A DNA stretch of 64,000 bases from positions 124,001 to 188,000 of the IMG/VR virus record IMGVR_UViG_3300008954_003475; one strand, written 5' to 3'. The stretch's first letter is position 1, and every line of letters begins with the position of its first letter. Under the pieces are notes generated by a model. It was not told where the DNA came from. It saw only the letters and a list, made by a program, of their open reading frames with translations, and searched no databases. The position numbers and the translations under genes were made by a program. Of the stretch, positions 58,532-64,000 are shown piece after piece.

Positions 58532-58691
58532 TTGAGGTTCCTCTGGATTGACCAAGAACCTCAATCTTCAAGTTCTTGTTCATCCTAAGCATTTCTACAT
58601 GCTCTAAGGGAACCCTTCCATGCAAGTAAACAGCCTTGGTATCAAGGTTGGTTACTCTAATCCTTAAGTTAATATATTTATCTTTATTCAT
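58500..58691 (-). CDS. hypothetical protein
   Basis: 63-aa basic ORF with AGGTG upstream. Confidence 0.5.
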   Translation of the reverse strand: MNKDKYINLRIRVTNLDTKAVYLHGRVPLEHVEMLRMNKNLKIEVLGQSRGTSNERNFKIKER

Positions 58692-58699
58692 AAAATCAC

Positions 58700-59614
58700 C
58701 TATTCACTGCTATCAACCATGCTCTGCAATCTGTTCGCAAGATAATAATGTCCAGAAGCAGAAGGCATCAGCCAAGGAAGATTGTCCTTAGAGAGACAGT
58801 CTAGTAGATTGGACACGACCTCTCTGTCTGTACAATCTACAAACAACATAACCTTCCTTTCCAATGCGTCAACCTCTTTCTGAACAAAAGCTGCCAAAGC
58901 TACAGATTCTCTCTTCGTATCCCGCTCAAGCCTTTTAACTCTGTACTTTTTATCTGAAATTTCTCTAGAGAACTTATTAGTTATACTCCTTTTGATATTC
59001 TTGGGAGAAGACTTTGCAATCTTCTTTAAAAGATTATCTGAAAGAGCACTATTATCAAAAGCACTCTCTAAAATATGAAGCTTTGTATTGACAGCGCCCT
59101 TTTCGCGCTTCACCTTGCTCCATACATAATCATAAAAAGCAGAGTCTGTTGAGCTACACATACCTGCATGATGCCAAATCATATACAGTTTGTGCTTATC
59201 TTCTTCCAAAGCAAACTTGCACATTTCCGATAAATAGTCAAAGTTTTTATCGACCTGTGGAAGCAGTCTGACTCTAAGACGATTATCTTCTTCATCCTCA
59301 TTAACCTTAATAAGGCTATACATATCTGTAACAAACTTTAAGCAAAAGTCCTGTGTCAAAGACTCAATCCTTGTAGTTGAATTGCAGACTCTCTCTGCTA
59401 TGTTTAGCAACTCGTCTCTTGTGTCTGGATAATTCTTCCAAATAAATCCAAACGTAGCGTTTGTAATAATCTTTTCTGCATCCTTACTTTTCCAGTAGGA
59501 ATCAATATCGTTAATCGCATTTGGAATAGCATAGTTCATCACCGTTGTGATGAAATCATCATTAACATCAAACTTGCTATCAAAGGTTACTTGTTTAAAT
59601 ACTTTATTAGACAT
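58700..59614 (-). CDS. hypothetical helical protein
   Basis: 304-aa ORF; AGGAG RBS. Confidence 0.7.
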   Translation of the reverse strand: MSNKVFKQVTFDSKFDVNDDFITTVMNYAIPNAINDIDSYWKSKDAEKIITNATFGFIWKNYPDTRDELLNIAERVCNSTTRIESLTQDFCLKFVTDMYSLIKVNEDEEDNRLRVRLLPQVDKNFDYLSEMCKFALEEDKHKLYMIWHHAGMCSSTDSAFYDYVWSKVKREKGAVNTKLHILESAFDNSALSDNLLKKIAKSSPKNIKRSITNKFSREISDKKYRVKRLERDTKRESVALAAFVQKEVDALERKVMLFVDCTDREVVSNLLDCLSKDNLPWLMPSASGHYYLANRLQSMVDSSE

Positions 59615-59622
59615 ATTGTCTC

Positions 59623-60354
59623 CTATCGTCCAGCGGTGATTCTTCGTTCAAATTGACGAGAAATCCAGTTATTTTTAACATTTCTATTTGCAACAAGCAT
59701 TGGCAAATAATCAAGAGGAATCTTCTCTAACAACAAAGAGAATGGCCCTCGGGCAATTTCTTTTGTGAATCCCTTTAGCTTGCTGTAATAATAAGGCGCT
59801 CTTGCAAGACCTTCGTATCTAATGTCTGCAATCTTATCGTCTAACATTTCATCTAGACACTCAACGGGGCCTAACCTATTGTAGTAAATCTTTCTAACCT
59901 TCTTACACTTATGCCCCTTCAACTTTCTAAGAGCTTTAATGCTACAAAAGGTTACAGCCATCACCTGACTATCGCCACTTCCATTTATTGCAACTTCATC
60001 AATAAGTGAAATATCTGTATAAAGACCCTTTTGTATTACCAAGGACTTTGCCAAGTCTACATCAGATTCCTTTAGAATCTTATCCCCTATCTCTACATGC
60101 ATTGGAAGCATGTAGGCTAGAACCTTTTGAGCCATCCAATAACCACGATTCCAACTTCTAGTGCGATCTGAGTCTGCAAAGACAATCTCAAAAAGATTTG
60201 AATCTAAACAAACTTTTTCTAAGTCACTCTTTTTCACAGAAGAGCAAACAGCTTGCATCTTCTCATCCAAATCTGACCATGAAGCTGACGCAGAAAGCTC
60301 TTCAAGATCATTAGCAAGTTTCTTCAAACTAGGACTCATTTTTGTTTGACTCAT
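59623..60354 (-). CDS. hypothetical helical-repeat-like protein
   Basis: 243-aa ORF with HEAT-like segments (CKKVRKIYYNRL, DKIADIRYEGL). Confidence 0.65.
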   Translation of the reverse strand: MSQTKMSPSLKKLANDLEELSASASWSDLDEKMQAVCSSVKKSDLEKVCLDSNLFEIVFADSDRTRSWNRGYWMAQKVLAYMLPMHVEIGDKILKESDVDLAKSLVIQKGLYTDISLIDEVAINGSGDSQVMAVTFCSIKALRKLKGHKCKKVRKIYYNRLGPVECLDEMLDDKIADIRYEGLARAPYYYSKLKGFTKEIARGPFSLLLEKIPLDYLPMLVANRNVKNNWISRQFERRITAGR

Positions 60355-61186
60355 CAGTCACTCCAGTGTTTAATACATTTAAATCAGCTACTCTAAAACC
60401 AGATGCATTCTTGTGTCCACCGCCACCAAACTCAGCAGCAATCACAGATACATCATCACCATCTTCTTTCGACCTAAGCGAAAACCTATAACTCTCTCCA
60501 TCATAATAATACGCAGCAGCAAAAGGCTCTCCGTCTGCTAACTCTGATGCCATTTCTGATTGAAAAAATGGAGCGTTAACAATGGGAACTTCTTTGCCTA
60601 AAATATTTGTTCTATAAGAATTTAACAAAAGAGATCTAATCAAGTTTCTCTTGTACTGCAAGATTCCTTCTCCCATATTCTTTACGCGTTTCCATCTAAT
60701 AGATTCTGCTGCATCTAAATAACTATGTAGCATATCCCAATTATCAAATGTTTTCTCGAAAGAATCTACGGCAGACAGCACTTCTTCTGTAAATGGAAGT
60801 TCCCACTTCCACAAGTCTCTATCTTCAACATACTGAATAAGGAGAGGAACATTATCATCTGGAAACAAATAATCCCAAGCCAAATATGCTCCAGAATGAT
60901 TCATATCAAAATAACAAAACTCTAAATCTCCCGAATGTTCTTGAGCCGACTTATGATGATCTAACACAACAAGGCTGCTAGCCTCTTGTTCCATTTCCAG
61001 CATTATAGCCCTATCATATGAAAAGTCAACAATAAATACATCACGATCTTTAACGCAAGGTCTTTCCTCGCCATGAGTAACAGGGATATATTCAGCACTC
61101 GCTCCAAACTTTCGCCTAAAAGCCCATGCTGCACCGAATCCATCGGGACAATTAGCATGGTATAAAACCATTATTTTATCTGACAT
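60329..61186 (-). CDS. DHH/DHHA1 phosphoesterase
   Basis: YHANCPDG, VDFS, LDHH, SGA.L.W, EDRDLW, FSLRS, GGGGHKNASG. Confidence 0.92.
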   Translation of the reverse strand: MSDKIMVLYHANCPDGFGAAWAFRRKFGASAEYIPVTHGEERPCVKDRDVFIVDFSYDRAIMLEMEQEASSLVVLDHHKSAQEHSGDLEFCYFDMNHSGAYLAWDYLFPDDNVPLLIQYVEDRDLWKWELPFTEEVLSAVDSFEKTFDNWDMLHSYLDAAESIRWKRVKNMGEGILQYKRNLIRSLLLNSYRTNILGKEVPIVNAPFFQSEMASELADGEPFAAAYYYDGESYRFSLRSKEDGDDVSVIAAEFGGGGHKNASGFRVADLNVLNTGVTDESNKNES

Positions 61187-62202
61187 TAAATTACCTCTGG
61201 TGAATACGAAAACTTAACATACTCTACAAGGGGTGAGTTGTTTCGTATTGTTGTTTCAACAAAGCTTATCATTTCGTCTAAGCTTAAGAACCTAACCAAT
61301 CTTCCACCATAACTGAGCTTAAAATGCCCTAATTCATTTATTATATCACACTTACTTATAACAAGGTTTGTTGTCCCTGTTATGTTAACTGCTCTAATTA
61401 GCATATCCAGATTGAGCCAATTAACCTTTCTTCTTCTTCCGGTCGTGACTCCAAACTCTTGACCTAAATCTGTAAGAGCCTTTAACACAGGATCTTCAAG
61501 CAATCTATTTGGGAACCTTGGGTCCTCTCCGCTCTTTGTATCATAGATCTTTGCAACGCCCCAAACCTTATTAATCTTCTGAGTTGGAAAGCCTATGCTG
61601 CAAGCTCCATAAGGCAATGTGATACTTGATGTTACATAAGGATAAAGTCCATTATCAATATCAAGCCAAACACCTTGGGCTCCTTCACATAACAGATTGC
61701 CATTTAATTCTTCATTCCAAACAAAGTCTTTGTCTAAAACATCAACGGCAAGAGTTCCAACCCTTGCTGCTTTATCTGCATAACAAGGGGCTATGCCTCG
61801 ACCTGTTGTGCCAAGCTTTGCTGCCAAATGTTCTTTATCAAAAGCTATATGTTCCTCTGTAACAATATGGCAATTTGGAGCCACCTTTACTAATGACGTA
61901 TCAAAACCACTTTTTGATAAATAGTCAATCTCTTTATAAAAAGATTCTGGATTCAAAACACATCCTGGGCCTATAAGGGACTGAACTCCATGAAAAACTC
62001 CAGATGGAATCAAGTGAGTTTTGTACTTCTCTCCTTCTACGAATACGGTGTGTCCAGCATTATTTCCACCGCCCCAACGGGCAACTATATCATAATAATT
62101 AGAACCATCTTCATTCTTTGTAGAAGCTAACTGACTGGTGACTTTTCCTTTAGATTCATCCCCCCAAGCTAGTCCTACAACTATATCTGCTATATCAATC
62201 AT
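61186..62202 (-). CDS. purA: adenylosuccinate synthetase (short form)
   Basis: WGDESKGK, GGNNAGHT, GTTGRGI, EGAQG, YPYVTSS, GVTTGRRR; start probably ATG 62202. Confidence 0.93.
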   Translation of the reverse strand: MIDIADIVVGLAWGDESKGKVTSQLASTKNEDGSNYYDIVARWGGGNNAGHTVFVEGEKYKTHLIPSGVFHGVQSLIGPGCVLNPESFYKEIDYLSKSGFDTSLVKVAPNCHIVTEEHIAFDKEHLAAKLGTTGRGIAPCYADKAARVGTLAVDVLDKDFVWNEELNGNLLCEGAQGVWLDIDNGLYPYVTSSITLPYGACSIGFPTQKINKVWGVAKIYDTKSGEDPRFPNRLLEDPVLKALTDLGQEFGVTTGRRRKVNWLNLDMLIRAVNITGTTNLVISKCDIINELGHFKLSYGGRLVRFLSLDEMISFVETTIRNNSPLVEYVKFSYSPEVI

Positions 62203-62797
62203 CGCTATCCTCTTCGCTTCCATTAAGAATGTTTATAACCTTCTTAATTTTACTGGGACGGCGAAGAAAAGTAATACCCTCTTTATGAGTAGAAACAGTT
62301 GCTGTGAATGTAATCATTTCACCTACATTAAAGCTATGTGCCTTAGATGTTTTGAAATACCACTTCCAACCTCTTTCGTCAACACAGATGATAGCTGGCA
62401 TAGGATATTCGGTATTCATCTTTGCTTCTGCAATCTTATAAATACCAAGCGGTCCAAGATCTAATCTTGCTCCAACCTCAACATCAGGCTCGTCTAACAT
62501 GGTTGCTTTCACAATTGAGTCAACCCATCTATTGAGAGATCCAATCCACTTCTCAGTTAGTCTATGAGGATTTTCTGTAACAACAGAAATGCTTGATTTA
62601 AGAAACTCATTGTTTGGACTTTCTTGTAGCTTTACAGCAAGAAGGGGAATAACCATAGGGTTTAATTGCTCTAGGTTTTCTTGACCTACTCTGGCGGTAT
62701 CAACCCCGCTCTTCTTGCGTCTATTGGTGGCAGACTTTCTGGACTTCTTTTTCTTTCGTCCATCACTAAAGATATTTATCATAAGAAAACCCCGCAC
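62195..62797 (-). CDS. hypothetical protein with a basic N-terminus and OB-fold-like C-terminus
   Basis: RKKKKSRKS; ..GEMITFTATV..H....T.LRRP. Confidence 0.6.
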   Translation of the reverse strand: MRGFLMINIFSDGRKKKKSRKSATNRRKKSGVDTARVGQENLEQLNPMVIPLLAVKLQESPNNEFLKSSISVVTENPHRLTEKWIGSLNRWVDSIVKATMLDEPDVEVGARLDLGPLGIYKIAEAKMNTEYPMPAIICVDERGWKWYFKTSKAHSFNVGEMITFTATVSTHKEGITFLRRPSKIKKVINILNGSEEDSDD

Positions 62798-62855
62798 CTA
62801 TCTGGTACAGGGTATTCGATGAAAAAACTATATTAGTTTATTTTATGTATGTTGC

Positions 62856-64000
62856 TTATAGCCTACGACTTGTACGACTTGGCGGATATCCTGCTGCGGC
62901 TCTTTCTCGCGGAGTCATTCTTCTCCACTCTCTTTTTTGCTCCCTAGTCATATTATCCCAGTCTCTTCTTTGACCTCTTCTTGCCTCTTCTCTAAGATAT
63001 CGCCGTTGTCTACGAGTTGTAGTACCTGAATCTCTAAGGTTGTTATTCACAGCAGATCTCTCTCTATCTGAAAAAGAACTTCTCTGCTCCGGAATAAGCT
63101 GGCGTCTATAAGTAATAGGGATCCACAGCTTTGCGTCTACTGCTGCATTTCCAATCGGAGGTTTCGGATCTGTTGTATTTTTCTTTTTATTGGTAAAGAA
63201 AAATACAGGAATCATTCTATTCTCTGCTGTATCATGAAATGCCCCTACGGAGCCATCCCTATCTCCGTTTGTCTTACCTTTAATCTCCGCTGCAGGATAG
63301 CCTCTAAAGCTACCACTCTGTCCCGCTTGTCCTGTCTGCCCTGCGCCACCAGACTCAGGCGTAAAGGTTGAAAGGGCAATGCTGAAAGCACTTCCTGTAT
63401 TGTCGTTATCATAAGCTGTTCTGACAGCAGCTTTGTTTGCGCCTCTTCCCAATACTGCAGTTGCAGTTGCTTTATCTAGAGGAAGATCTAATCCTGTTCC
63501 GTCAAATAATTTCGTTCTGGCCTCAAGAGGAAAGGACTCTGTTGCGGGGAACATGAGATAGCTTTCAAGCATCCTATCTCCATCTGTACCCTGTATCCCT
63601 CCGGTGTCCAGCCTTCCTGATAACATCCGTAAAGCTTCTTCTGCTGTTTCCGGAAGAGCACCCTTATCTGCTTTGGCCCAAGCCTGTTTAGATTTAGGTC
63701 CAAAATACCCATCGGGTACCAAATCTTTATCGCTATCATCTTTATACCCAAGCTCTTTAAGCTTCTCCTGAACAGCCTCTGCTGCATCTGATTTAAACAG
63801 CTTACCATCTTTCTTAAAAGGAGTAGCGGCCTGTGCAGCTTGTTGCTGACCGCCTTGCTGATCGCCTTGCTGATCGCCTTGCTGATCGCCTTGCTCCGAA
63901 CTTCTACTGCTTAAGTGATGCCAGTCTCCAGGCCCGTCAGTCTTTTCATAAACAGCAGATGCCGCCGTGGAGCTCCAACTCCCTTTAGGTAACTTTTTCC
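62856..64000 (-). CDS. peptidoglycan-binding-domain protein with an Arg-rich tail (5' end outside the window)
   Basis: The frame stays open upstream of the track start to 63998: ...VQEKLKELGY......LVPDGYFGPKSKQAW; C-terminus RRQRRYLREEARRGQRR. Confidence 0.7.
   Translation of the reverse strand, partial: KKLPKGSWSSTAASAVYEKTDGPGDWHHLSSRSSEQGDQQGDQQGDQQGGQQQAAQAATPFKKDGKLFKSDAAEAVQEKLKELGYKDDSDKDLVPDGYFGPKSKQAWAKADKGALPETAEEALRMLSGRLDTGGIQGTDGDRMLESYLMFPATESFPLEARTKLFDGTGLDLPLDKATATAVLGRGANKAAVRTAYDNDNTGSAFSIALSTFTPESGGAGQTGQAGQSGSFRGYPAAEIKGKTNGDRDGSVGAFHDTAENRMIPVFFFTNKKKNTTDPKPPIGNAAVDAKLWIPITYRRQLIPEQRSSFSDRERSAVNNNLRDSGTTTRRQRRYLREEARRGQRRDWDNMTREQKREWRRMTPRERAAAGYPPSRTSRRL
63843..63895. 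repeat. 12-bp coding tandem repeat
   Basis: cgccttgctgat x3 plus partial copies; encodes QQGD. Confidence 0.9.

Noticed and set aside
61186-62202. PurZ / 2-aminoadenine (Z-genome) pathway
   Set aside because: The catalytic Asp of PurA is retained (WGDE) rather than the Ser of PurZ, the GxTTGRxR loop is PurA-like, and no DatZ/MazZ-like gene was seen.
17344-62202. Bacterial chromosome origin (dnaE, recA, groEL, purA, guaB, hup)
   Set aside because: These genes are divergent, lack normal operon partners, and share one strand with terminase, portal and fibre genes plus many orphans, as expected for a large phage.
1075-62464. Plus-strand ORFs in the track (e.g. 3949-4452, 25973-26485, 33985-34563, 54499-55044)
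   Set aside because: They are antisense shadows of long minus-strand genes, Ser-rich and without recognisable motifs.
1-64000. Alternative genetic code (TAG or TGA reassignment)
   Set aside because: Conserved genes are full length in code 11 and end at TAG, TGA or TAA at expected positions. TAG often overlaps the next RBS (TAGGAG). In-frame neighbours such as terL/portal have their own RBS.

Overview
This window is a segment of a large (jumbo-type) tailed dsDNA phage genome in the standard genetic code, with essentially every gene on the minus strand. From low to high coordinates it holds: (1) a head/packaging module (1-17.2 kb) with portal, GpA-type large terminase, a probable small terminase, a CCA-adding-family nucleotidyltransferase and many acidic hypothetical proteins that share a helical motif and K-x-[A/S] sites; (2) a replication/recombination/transcription block (17.3-44.2 kb) with a sigma-region-4 HTH protein, a DnaG catalytic core, RecA, GroEL, RuvC, SSB, UvsY-like protein, DnaE, a GapR/DsbA-like protein, a 2121-aa orphan, a Zn-ribbon sigma factor, a PD-(D/E)XK nuclease, SbcC/SbcD, a stand-alone CHC2 Zn finger and an FtsK-like ATPase; (3) two paralogous tail-fibre-like genes (44.3-49.9 kb); (4) host-takeover and metabolic genes (HU, KhpA, Hsp20, ThyX, M16 peptidase, VWA/AAA pair, IMPDH-family, DHH phosphoesterase, PurA). 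The main leads are a sigma-region-2 plus Zn motif inside the 2121-aa orphan that resembles the neighbouring sigma factor, a shared putative capsid-targeting/processing signal, a primase whose two parts lie 23 kb apart, and a peptidoglycan-binding domain hidden behind an in-frame TAA. All calls come from reading motifs by eye; no database search was run. No tRNA, rRNA, CRISPR array, integrase or major capsid gene was recognised.
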